Positions 17,673-25,983 of a stretch of 32,000 nt of DNA are shown in pieces. The position numbers and the translations under genes were made by a program. Within the stretch, counting starts at the first letter, position 1. Each line of letters starts with the position of its first letter. Location of the stretch: contig NZ_PGGB02000014.1 of NCBI RefSeq assembly GCF_002803295.2, forward strand, positions 4,196-36,195, given 5' to 3'. The notes under the pieces were generated by a model that was not told the DNA's origin, ran no database searches, and saw only the letters and a program-made list of their open reading frames with translations. Source of the DNA: Caedibacter taeniospiralis (lineage in GTDB: Bacteria; Pseudomonadota; Gammaproteobacteria; Francisellales; Francisellaceae).

Positions 17673-17765
17673 CGCATACACGAGAAGTTATCTCAAATTT
17701 AAATACTTCCTTTAAAGCAGTTTCTAGATAACCGCTCATCTTGCTATTTTGCTTCATTTTTTGCT

Positions 17766-19085
17766 TTATCTTCCAATAGAAATATACTCAATGCCAAGTT
17801 GCTGCATTCTTGCCTTGTCATATAGATTGCGACCATCGAAGATAATCGGCTTTGTCAAACGTGCGGTTATTGTGCTGAAATCGGGACTCCTAAAGCTTTG
17901 CCATTCGGTGACGATAAACAAGGCATCCGCACCGTAAAGCGCATGATAAGCTTCATCAACGAGCTCATAATCGTCGCGCTCGCCATATAGCTTAGCGAAG
18001 TTCTCCATGGCTTCAGGATCATAGGCTTTAACCTTAACACCATTTTTCCACAGCGTTTCAATGAGTGTGCGCGCAGATGCCTCACGAATGTCATCGGTAT
18101 TTGGCTTAAACGCAAGCCCCCAGACGGCCACTGTTTTTCCCTGGATCTCACCATTAAAGTAATCATTAAATTTGGTGAACAGCACCTCTTTTTGCGCATC
18201 ATTGACATCGTGTACGGCCTGCAAAATACGTGCATTATAACCGTATTCACGCGATGTCTGCCCAAGGGCTCGTACATCCTTTGGAAAACACGAGCCACCA
18301 TAACCACAACCTGCGTAAATAAAGTGATAGCCAATGCGTCTGTCCGCACCGATACCGATGCGCACTTTTTCAATATCCGCACCCACGCGCTCCGCGATTT
18401 GACTCATTTCATTCATAAAACTGATTTTGGTTGCGAGCATTGCATTGGCGACATATTTTGTCATTTCTGCAGATCTTACATCCATAATCATCAACCGATT
18501 CTGGTTAGGATCAAAAGGAGCATAAAGCTCACGCATCACATCGGCTGCGCGTTCAGAGTTTGCGCCAACTACGATACGATCTGGGTGCATACAATCACTA
18601 ATTGCATCACCTTCCTTTAAAAACTCAGGATTGGAGACTACATCAAACTCAAAATCAACGCCCCTAAGTTTTAGGGCGTTTGCAATGGTCTCCGTCACTT
18701 TATACTCGGTGCCAACCGGTACCGTTGATTTATTGACGATCACTTTATATTCATTCATATATTCGGCAACAGTCATGGCAACCTGTAACACATATTGCAG
18801 ATCTGCCGAGCCATCTTCGTCAGGTGGGGTGCCTACGGCAATAAATATCACTTGCGCATCCTTTATTGCCTGCCTTGGCTCAGTAGTGAAACTGATCCTG
18901 TCATTGGCAACATTCCGTTTTATCAGGTCATCTAATCCTGGTTCATAAATAGGCGAGATCCCTTGTTTAAGATTTTCTACCTTTTGCCTATCCACATCAA
19001 CACAACAAACATGATTTCCCATTGCGGCAAAACACGTCCCTGTCACAAGCCCTACGTAGCCTGTACCGAAAATCGCAATCTTCAT
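17766..19085 (-). CDS. ugd: UDP-glucose 6-dehydrogenase
   Basis: MKIAIFGTGYVGLVTG is the NAD-binding fold, and GGSCFPKD carries the catalytic cysteine. The C-terminal UDP-binding domain is present. Confidence 0.93.
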   Translation of the reverse strand: MKIAIFGTGYVGLVTGTCFAAMGNHVCCVDVDRQKVENLKQGISPIYEPGLDDLIKRNVANDRISFTTEPRQAIKDAQVIFIAVGTPPDEDGSADLQYVLQVAMTVAEYMNEYKVIVNKSTVPVGTEYKVTETIANALKLRGVDFEFDVVSNPEFLKEGDAISDCMHPDRIVVGANSERAADVMRELYAPFDPNQNRLMIMDVRSAEMTKYVANAMLATKISFMNEMSQIAERVGADIEKVRIGIGADRRIGYHFIYAGCGYGGSCFPKDVRALGQTSREYGYNARILQAVHDVNDAQKEVLFTKFNDYFNGEIQGKTVAVWGLAFKPNTDDIREASARTLIETLWKNGVKVKAYDPEAMENFAKLYGERDDYELVDEAYHALYGADALFIVTEWQSFRSPDFSTITARLTKPIIFDGRNLYDKARMQQLGIEYISIGR

Positions 19086-19409
19086 AAAATCTCACTTTTA
19101 GCTGCTAAAACCACCGCCGATCATATCAGAAATAATGGGCAAATTCAGCGAATATTATTTTTAAACGCCAGAGCCTGTGGGCTTTTTTATGTTGTGTCGG
19201 TATAGGTAACATTTCCCTGTGCCAGCGCTTTTCATTGCATCACAAGGAATATGATCGACGCTGAATTCTTTATCTTTTTATGATTGATGAAACTAAAAGG
19301 TTTTGCTTTTTTTGTATATATGCGAGAAATTCATTAGTGAAGGATTATATTTTATGATATAAAAGCGCCCTGAATTAAGAACTAACTTATTAATGGAGGC
19401 TATATAACT

Positions 19410-19823
19410 ATGCTGACAGAAAAAGAACTGCTAAACATGCCCGAAGAAGCATATATGAATGACGAACAGTTGGCTTTTTTTAAGGATCTCCTACTTCAGC
19501 AAAAGCAAGAGTTAAACGAAGCCATTGAGGATGCCAAAAAGAGTCTGGCTGAGTCCGAACGCAACACCGATTTAAATGATGTTGCTACCTCGCAAGAGAT
19601 GCAACAAATCTACCTGCGTACTGTTGATCGCCAGAGCAAATTGCTGCGGAAAGTCAACGAGTCACTCAAACACATTGAAAATGGCGAATATGGTTATTGT
19701 GAGCTCACAGGAGAACCCATCGGCGTGCAACGCCTGCTAGCGCGTCCCACGGCGACTTTATCGGTACAGGCAAAAGAGATTCAAGAGCATCAGGAAAAAA
19801 CGCAAGGCATTATCAAAGCCTAA
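19410..19823 (+). CDS. dksA: RNA polymerase-binding transcription factor DksA, one-cysteine (zinc-finger-less) variant
   Basis: The N-terminus PEEAYMNDEQLAFFKDLL is DksA-like. The coiled-coil tip DLNDVAT (the DxxDxA motif) is retained. The C-terminal YGYCELTGEPIGVQRLLARPTATLSVQAKE aligns with CxxC-x17-CxxC but reads C..T-x17-S..A. Confidence 0.9.
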   Translation: MLTEKELLNMPEEAYMNDEQLAFFKDLLLQQKQELNEAIEDAKKSLAESERNTDLNDVATSQEMQQIYLRTVDRQSKLLRKVNESLKHIENGEYGYCELTGEPIGVQRLLARPTATLSVQAKEIQEHQEKTQGIIKA

Positions 19824-20005
19824 TTTTTACCCTCTTTGGATGGGTGATCACCCTGATTGGCGATATGGTTTGGATTATCGCTGATCTTTTTGTATTTACT
19901 CCTTTCAATCTTATCATCAACGTACAAAGTAAAACGATACCCCACATACATTGAAATCGCTAACATAATCATAATCGTGATATACCACATTGCTTGTTCC
20001 TTCAT
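19820..20005 (-). CDS. Small single-pass membrane protein in the cydX position (CydX-like MWY start, long hydrophilic tail)
   Basis: It lies 6 nt (ATG 20005) or 21 nt (ATG 19990) downstream of the cydB-remnant stop. The internal ATG at 19990 has AAGGAA 7 nt upstream and yields MWYITIMIMLAISMYVGY..., compared with E. coli CydX MWYFAWILG.... Its 3' end overlaps the dksA stop by 4 nt (convergent genes). Confidence 0.5.
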   Translation of the reverse strand: MKEQAMWYITIMIMLAISMYVGYRFTLYVDDKIERSKYKKISDNPNHIANQGDHPSKEGKN

Positions 20006-20011
20006 ATCTAA

Positions 20012-20133
20012 CTAAAAAATAGGGTCGTTTTTTTCTAAGTCAGCCTTGCTTAATCTGGCTTTTCCTCGCCAGGTTGTTGCGTAGAGGATGAGCACTAAAC
20101 AATAATCGCCCACCAGATAAGCTGAAGCGTCAT
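20012..20133 (-). pseudogene. cydB: cydB remnant: first 12 codons and last 27 codons of cytochrome bd subunit II, in different frames; about 1 kb of the gene is missing
   Basis: The ATG at 20133 (7 nt after the cydA stop) gives MTLQLIWWAIIV and then a TAG (20097-20095). The adjacent frame (20095-20012) reads VLILYATTWRGKARLSKADLEKNDPIF*, which aligns with the E. coli CydB C-terminus ...LLYTSWCYWKMFGRITKEDIERNTHSLY*. Confidence 0.7.
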
Positions 20134-20137
20134 ATAA

Positions 20138-21730
20138 TCAAACAGCATTAACGTCCTCCTTATAGTCATAGCGACCATTACCAAGGGATTTAGGACCTTT
20201 TCTCGCCACTTTAAACATGATAATCAACTCAATAATAAACAAACCAACATACAGCAGAGCAAAAAAGGCAAGACTTACAACAATATTCCACGACGCCAGC
20301 GTCGAGACACCAAGACTCGTGGGGAGTATGCCATGCAGCACCCACGGTTGACGCCCCATTTCAGCTATAATCCAGCCTGCCTCAGCAGCAATATAAGGTA
20401 ATGGAATTGCCAACATAGCCAACCACAAGAACCAGCGGTAATTTAATAAAGTTCTTCGTAAGAGATGCACCGTTCCAAAAGTCATCACAAAAAAAACGAT
20501 TGCCCAACAGGTCAGCATCACTCTAAAGCTCCAATACAAAGGCCAAACTTGAGGAATCGTATCTTTCACGGCTTTACTTACTTCAGCACGACTTGCGTTA
20601 TAAGGATCTGTAGCATGAGTTTGTAGTATAAACGCATAACCAATGTTGTCGCGGTACTTTTTAGTTTCCTGATTTGCAGGATCAAAAATATCAAAGTCTG
20701 CAGCAACGCCATGACCACTTCTAATGCGCTCTAATGCTTTTAACGCAACAAGACCATCGTAAATACGCTCCTTATTTTCACGCATGATGGGTTTTAATCC
20801 CTGAACGGTTGTACTTAAACTATGTCCCGTAATTAAGCTTAACATCCATGGAACTTCAATCTCAAAATAATTTCTCTCATCAGTCTGTGAAGGAAATGAC
20901 ACCGCCGACCAGGCAGCAGGAGCTTTTTGCGTTTCCCACTGCCCTTCTATCGCCGCCATTTTAGCGGGTTCGTATTTATCCACAGCAAGCCCATTGGCAT
21001 CACCTAAAAAGAAAATAAAGATCGAAGAACATAAGCCAAAACCAAGACCCACGGCAAGTGAGCGCAGGGCAAAACCTGTGTTACGCTTACGCAACAAATA
21101 CCAGGCACTAATTCCCACAACAAAAGCCGCTGCAATAAGGTAACCCGCAAAAGCCACATGTCCAATGCGAATTTGCGCCAGCTCCTGCATGTAAAGCTCA
21201 ACAAAGCTTGTCAACTGCATCTGCATGGTTTCTGGATTCAAAAAAGTCCCAACGGGGTGTTGCATCCAGCTGTTGGCTACTAAGATATTAACGATGGATA
21301 AATTAGTTCCTAGTGCCAGGAAAAAAGTAATCAGCAAATGGGTTTTTTTACTCACCTTATCCCAGGTAAAAAAGAATAAACCAAATAAAGTTGCCTCCGT
21401 CATAAAGGCAGTTAAGCCCTCGATGGCAAGCACTGTACCAAAACTCTCGCCAATAAAGCGCGAAAAATAAGCCCAGTTTAAACCAAACTCAAATTCCATG
21501 GTAATTCCCGTAACCAGCCCCATGGCAAAGTTAATTGCGAAGAGCTTCCCCCAGAACTTCACCATATCTTGGTAAAGTTGCTTGCCCGTTTTGAGGTATG
21601 CTGCTTCCATAATGAATAAAATCCATGATAATCCCAAGGTTAATGGGACAAACACAAAATGGAAAATAGCAGTAAATGCAAACTGACTACGCGATAAATC
21701 GACAAACAGTTGCGTCATATCCATGCCCAC
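20138..21730 (-). CDS. cydA: Cytochrome bd ubiquinol oxidase subunit I
   Basis: It is collinear with E. coli CydA over its full length (LSR.QFA.TA..HF.FVPLTLG, GKLF.INFA.G, EGL.AF, Q-loop, AE.GRQPW). The start is ambiguous between the GTG at 21730, the ATG at 21724 and the ATG at 21718, and the last of these aligns best with E. coli. Confidence 0.93.
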   Translation of the reverse strand: MGMDMTQLFVDLSRSQFAFTAIFHFVFVPLTLGLSWILFIMEAAYLKTGKQLYQDMVKFWGKLFAINFAMGLVTGITMEFEFGLNWAYFSRFIGESFGTVLAIEGLTAFMTEATLFGLFFFTWDKVSKKTHLLITFFLALGTNLSIVNILVANSWMQHPVGTFLNPETMQMQLTSFVELYMQELAQIRIGHVAFAGYLIAAAFVVGISAWYLLRKRNTGFALRSLAVGLGFGLCSSIFIFFLGDANGLAVDKYEPAKMAAIEGQWETQKAPAAWSAVSFPSQTDERNYFEIEVPWMLSLITGHSLSTTVQGLKPIMRENKERIYDGLVALKALERIRSGHGVAADFDIFDPANQETKKYRDNIGYAFILQTHATDPYNASRAEVSKAVKDTIPQVWPLYWSFRVMLTCWAIVFFVMTFGTVHLLRRTLLNYRWFLWLAMLAIPLPYIAAEAGWIIAEMGRQPWVLHGILPTSLGVSTLASWNIVVSLAFFALLYVGLFIIELIIMFKVARKGPKSLGNGRYDYKEDVNAV

Positions 21731-21897
21731 CCCCAGATTTAATAAAGTATAAGGTATGATTACTGCCGAGATTGTAGAGAGTTCTGAAGTGATTGCAATA
21801 ATACCAGCAATTTAATCTCTTATCGCTATACCCATCGTAAAATAGTTTGCGATGGGTATAAGACACACCTGATTGGTGCATAATCTATTGAGCAGGG

Positions 21898-22326
21898 TTA
21901 GACCATATCTATGCGCATTTCTTTAGCAATCTTATCTAATAAGCCATTGACAAAACGGTGTCCTTCCTCGGTTCCCAGTTCTTTTGCCTGATCTACATAC
22001 TCATTTAAAACGACCTGATAGGGAATATCCAGGCAATCGATTAACTCATACGTACCTAGACGCAGGATAGCTAGATCAATGAGATTGATTGATGCCAGGT
22101 CATTAGTAGCGTAGTGATTGATTTTATGATCAATCAGCACTTTATTTTTATCAACACCATCCAAAAGACGATAGAAGAAGTCCCATTCCACCAGGTGTCG
22201 CTCAACATTATCTGCGTAAAACTGAAGCTTCAACTCATTGATGCTGGTATGCGCCACTGCCTGCTGATACAGTGCCTGTACCGCATGAAAACGAGCACGC
22301 CTGCGCTCTTTAAATTTTAATGACAT
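21898..22326 (-). CDS. nusB: Transcription antitermination factor NusB
   Basis: From the ATG at 22326 (AAGG upstream), MSLKFKERRRARFHAVQALYQ... is a typical NusB N-terminus, and ...NEYVDQAKELG..EGHRFVNGLLDKIAKE is the C-terminus. The 18-codon extension in the track is unlikely to be real. Confidence 0.9.
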   Translation of the reverse strand: MSLKFKERRRARFHAVQALYQQAVAHTSINELKLQFYADNVERHLVEWDFFYRLLDGVDKNKVLIDHKINHYATNDLASINLIDLAILRLGTYELIDCLDIPYQVVLNEYVDQAKELGTEEGHRFVNGLLDKIAKEMRIDMV

Positions 22327-22432
22327 GATAAACCTTACAATACGCTCATTCGATGAAATACGGTCGCAGATTATACCCAATAGCCGATTAATGTGATAGT
22401 TATAATTATTTGTTTTTACTCAGTGTAGTTAT

Positions 22433-23083
22433 TCAGCTACGCCACATCCGCACAACATGTCTTTTGGCATCTAGAAGTGGCACATCAACCTCGAATGCTT
22501 CGTTTTTCATTGGTACCTGAGCTAAGGCTTCTAGCTCAAGATCAGCTCCCTTCATCGCAATCATTTGCCCATTTTGAGCCAGCAAGTGCTGACATAAGTG
22601 ATAAAAATCATCAATTGAACTAAATGCCCGTGAAACAACGCTGTCAAAGGGTATTTCAGGTTGATAGTTTTCCACTCTGATATTAAGGACTATCACATTC
22701 TTCAAATCCAGCACCCTTTTAACATGCTTGAGAAAAAGTGTTTTTTTACCGACGCTATCCAGCAGCACAAAGGAAGTTTCTGGTAATAATATTGCTAATA
22801 CAATTCCAGGTAAGCCACCACCGCTGCCTATATCTGCAACGTGTTTACCCTTGATAAAAGAGACTACAGACATGCTATCAAAGATATGTTTGACCAACAT
22901 TTCATCCCAACCCGTAATCGCCGTCAGATTGTAGGTTTTATTCCATTTTTTAAGCAATGACAGATACTCGAGTAATTGATTAATCTGCTCATCTGTCACC
23001 GTAAGATTAAACTTTTCCGCCACCTGGCGAACCTTTACCTTGCTATCATCAAGCATATTATTTAAACAATCTAGTGTAATCAT
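22433..23083 (-). CDS. rsmG: 16S rRNA (guanine527-N7)-methyltransferase RsmG (GidB)
   Basis: LLKKWNKTYNLTAI and the SAM motif DIGSGGGLPGIVLAI are present, and SRAF lies near the C-terminus. Confidence 0.92.
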   Translation of the reverse strand: MITLDCLNNMLDDSKVKVRQVAEKFNLTVTDEQINQLLEYLSLLKKWNKTYNLTAITGWDEMLVKHIFDSMSVVSFIKGKHVADIGSGGGLPGIVLAILLPETSFVLLDSVGKKTLFLKHVKRVLDLKNVIVLNIRVENYQPEIPFDSVVSRAFSSIDDFYHLCQHLLAQNGQMIAMKGADLELEALAQVPMKNEAFEVDVPLLDAKRHVVRMWRS

Positions 23084-23148
23084 CTTGCCTTATTCGCCTT
23101 TCAGATTCTGACCATTGTTTGGAGTATACCACTCGTAAATCATCTCAG

Positions 23149-23170
23149 CTGACTACTCAGGAGTAGTCAG
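23149..23170. repeat. Perfect 22-nt palindrome between the LysM lipoprotein gene and rsmG
   Basis: CTGACTACTC-AG-GAGTAGTCAG has 10-nt arms that are exact reverse complements. No flanking T-run is present on either strand. Confidence 0.6.
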
Positions 23171-23189
23171 GTTTACGGGCAATAAATAC

Positions 23190-23471
23190 TTATAACCACC
23201 CACTCTTAGGTGCAACAGGCAGATAGAGCTTTTGTTCAGGACTGATTACGTCACCCTTTAAGTTGTTGAGTGACTTAATACAACTTTCCGTAGTGTTATT
23301 TGCTTTTGCAATTTTGCCTAAACTGTCACCTTTTTTCACTGTATAGGACTGTAAGGTTTGAGTCTGACAATATTGATCAGGGGTCAGGTAAACTGTCTTT
23401 GTCGCACAGCCCGCCAAAAACACACCCGCAACCATTAACGCACCCAAATGAATTACTTTTTTCTTACTCAT
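23190..23471 (-). CDS. LysM-domain lipoprotein
   Basis: The signal peptide carries the lipobox LAG-C (MSKKKVIHLGALMVAGVFLAGC). The LysM core is YTVKKGDSLGKIAKANN...LNNL...I.PEQKLYLP. Confidence 0.85.
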   Translation of the reverse strand: MSKKKVIHLGALMVAGVFLAGCATKTVYLTPDQYCQTQTLQSYTVKKGDSLGKIAKANNTTESCIKSLNNLKGDVISPEQKLYLPVAPKSGWL

Positions 23472-23589
23472 CTTTTAACTCCTTTTGTATTGTTTACCAC
23501 AGCGGCAATCGAAATTGTAACTTAGATTGAGCTAATTTCTCCAGCGAAACCGCAAATCTTTACCCATCTTAATTGAATAGGCGAGAAAC

Positions 23590-24078
23590 TCACTCCAGGT
23601 TCACATCTTGTAACACGCTTTCAGTCTGGGTTTGACGATACTGCTTAATGGCTTTGTTATATCGCTGATCTTCGTTGGCTAACATGCAACAGGCGAAAAT
23701 GGCTGCGTTGACTGCCCCTGCGCGTCCTATGGCAAAAGTTGCCACAGGAACTCCCGCAGGCATTTGCACAATCGATAATAACGAATCCTGACCCGATAAT
23801 GCTTTGGATTGCACAGGCACTCCCAGTACGGGAATGTGAGTTTTAGCCGCGAGCATTCCAGGTAAATGTGCGGCTCCTCCTGCTCCTGCAATAATTGCCT
23901 TTAAACCTTTTGTTTCAGCCGCTTCAGCATATTGAAACAGCAAATCAGGAGTGCGATGCGCGGAAACGACCTGTACCTCATAAGGGATGCCCAACTCACG
24001 CAATGTTTCGGTGGTGGACTTCATCGTTTCCCAGTCAGATTTAGACCCCATCACCACACCCACTAATGTCTCACTCAT
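23590..24078 (-). CDS. purE: 5-(carboxyamino)imidazole ribonucleotide mutase (N5-CAIR mutase)
   Basis: [20 protein letters not shown] and [13 protein letters not shown] are canonical PurE motifs. Confidence 0.95.
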   Translation of the reverse strand: MSETLVGVVMGSKSDWETMKSTTETLRELGIPYEVQVVSAHRTPDLLFQYAEAAETKGLKAIIAGAGGAAHLPGMLAAKTHIPVLGVPVQSKALSGQDSLLSIVQMPAGVPVATFAIGRAGAVNAAIFACCMLANEDQRYNKAIKQYRQTQTESVLQDVNLE

Positions 24079-25983
24079 TTAAATCCCCTCTTTTTGTATC
24101 ACGCGCAAAACCTGCGCACAAACCCATTCATAAATAAATCCAAAGCTATGCTTACCCTTGTTACTAAAGCGCACGTGGAGTTCGTGTTCAAATGCTCTAT
24201 TTCTCAAATAATCTTGAGCCTTAATGAGCAGGGAAAGATCATCAACCACAGCATCCGTTTTTTGCCAAAATTGGCTCATGCCGTTGGTTTGTAGTTGTAG
24301 ACTGAGTTTTGGTTCAGCTGCACTGCTTGGCATCATATGCGCTAAATGGCTGTAAAGATAACCTTTGGTGACGTCTTTTTGCATATTGATGCTGACGACC
24401 CCTGATTGCAGATAGGGTTTAAGCAATTCGCTCGCGTGTTGCTTTGTCGTACTGACTAAAAATGGTTCAACTACCTCTGTAATTGCCCTAGCAAGTCCGC
24501 TTAGATTTTGCACATTTTCCTCATGAAGCTTTACTTCAAGATAAGGATAAGCTGCGCGATAACCTAATTCAATTTGATACTCATCCGCCAATGGACGCAA
24601 TAGCGCTGCAATATGCGCTTCAGAGGCACCCAATAGTTGCCACTGGTAGCGTGTCGGTTGCTTATTGGCGCATATTGACTTAAGTCTTGGCAGTACTTCT
24701 TTATCAAATAATGGTAAACATTCATGCGGAGGACCTGGCAACATAAACAGGTGTTTGTCATCGCCATGGATATAGCATCCATCCGCAGTACCATGTTCAT
24801 TGATTAAAATTTCAGCACCCTGAGGGAAGTAAGCTTGTTTCCTGTTATTTTCAGGCACCGTCGTAAAGCGCTTAGAGATGCGGGCATAAATGCGCTGCCA
24901 AGAGGCGTCATGAAATTCTAAGGGCTTGTTAAAAACTGCTGCAATGGCTTCGCAGGTTTTATCATCCTCAGTTGGTCCAAGCCCGCCTACGGTAATGACA
25001 ATCTTGTGCTCTTGCAGTAAAAACTGCAGGCTTGTTTTTAGTTTCTGCTTTTCATCAAAACAAGCCAGGTGCATTCCCACGCTAAACCCTTGTGCATAAA
25101 GCGCTTCTGCTATCTTAGGAGTGTTGGTGTTAATCACATCTCCTGTGGTGATCTCATCACCTGTGGCTAGGAAACCTATAGGTTTGGTTGTTGTGTGCAG
25201 TGGACTCATGCTGTCAATAAACACGCTATTAGCTCCTTCGGTTAGTAGGTCATGAATTTCTTGATCTGTTAATACATTCATGGAGTATACCAAAATGGTT
25301 GAAAACGCTTGTTTCAACTGGGTGATACACTCAGAGGTAAGAGGTGTGTTGTTAATCCCCAGTGCAATACAGCCCCAAGTATCAAATTTTGCTTTGATCG
25401 TTGAGAAAATATGACTCTCCTCTGTGACCCAATCTTTAACTTCAATCAAAAACTCACGTGCAATTGCCATATTTGTCAATACGAGCCTCTCTAGTACATA
25501 CTCCGAAAAACTTGAGAGTAAAATGCGATCATGCAGCTGTGGATACTCCGCCAAAAGTTTAAGCAGGCTTTCTAGCAAGCGCGATTCGTATTCTGCATCA
25601 AAATGTTTTCTCACTTTAATTTCAATATTGGTATACAAATCTGGTTTTTCTGCCATCCATTCCAAGTAGCTTCGCATGCTCGGAATGCTTGCGTGAGCAT
25701 CGGGAAAGCGCGCGCTTAGAACCTTAAGCTTTTGAATTTCCGCCCACCGCCAAAAGGTAATATCCTCATCGACACCTGTGAGTTTTTTCGCGTTATTATC
25801 ATGGAAAATAAACAGCACATTATCGGCGCTTAGCTGCACGTCAAGCTCAATCCATCGTGCGCGAGCTTCATAGGCTTTTTTAAAGGCGATCATCGTATTC
25901 TCTGGAGCTATCTGGTTTGCTCCACGATGGGCAATAAATGGATTAATCTTCACCTTTTGTGCGCTCCAGCTCGGCGTGTTCAA
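24079..25983 (-). CDS. Fusion protein: N-terminal glycerophosphodiester phosphodiesterase (GDPD) domain plus C-terminal CinA/YfaY-like (COG1058 MoCF-binding, ADP-ribose pyrophosphatase-type) module
   Basis: The GDPD part is FIAHRGANQIAPENTMIAFKKAYEARARWIELDVQLSADNVLFIFHDN. The CinA-N part is GFLATGDEITTGDVINTNTPKIAE...ITVGGLGPTEDDKT...NNRKQAYFPQGAEILINEHGTADG...LFMLPGPPHEC. The tail is collinear with E. coli YfaY and has no PncC SCTGG-type motif. The start is either the TTG at 25983 or, more plausibly, the GTG at 25953 (MKINPFIAHRG). The stop abuts the purE ATG (TAA-ATG). Confidence 0.8.
   Translation of the reverse strand: MNTPSWSAQKVKINPFIAHRGANQIAPENTMIAFKKAYEARARWIELDVQLSADNVLFIFHDNNAKKLTGVDEDITFWRWAEIQKLKVLSARFPDAHASIPSMRSYLEWMAEKPDLYTNIEIKVRKHFDAEYESRLLESLLKLLAEYPQLHDRILLSSFSEYVLERLVLTNMAIAREFLIEVKDWVTEESHIFSTIKAKFDTWGCIALGINNTPLTSECITQLKQAFSTILVYSMNVLTDQEIHDLLTEGANSVFIDSMSPLHTTTKPIGFLATGDEITTGDVINTNTPKIAEALYAQGFSVGMHLACFDEKQKLKTSLQFLLQEHKIVITVGGLGPTEDDKTCEAIAAVFNKPLEFHDASWQRIYARISKRFTTVPENNRKQAYFPQGAEILINEHGTADGCYIHGDDKHLFMLPGPPHECLPLFDKEVLPRLKSICANKQPTRYQWQLLGASEAHIAALLRPLADEYQIELGYRAAYPYLEVKLHEENVQNLSGLARAITEVVEPFLVSTTKQHASELLKPYLQSGVVSINMQKDVTKGYLYSHLAHMMPSSAAEPKLSLQLQTNGMSQFWQKTDAVVDDLSLLIKAQDYLRNRAFEHELHVRFSNKGKHSFGFIYEWVCAQVLRVIQKEGI

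Noticed and set aside
17867-18948. Long ORFs overlapping ugd, in an alternative frame or antisense (171, 142 and 105 aa). Similar shadow ORFs occur inside thrS, cydA, spoT, rmuC, the oxidoreductase and the permease
   Set aside because: All lie wholly within strongly supported conserved genes, have biased or odd composition, and lack motifs. They are typical shadow ORFs.
23590-24078. purE without an adjacent purK
   Set aside because: purK may simply be encoded elsewhere, and absence from a 32-kb window is not evidence of loss. It is mentioned only as part of the scrambled synteny.
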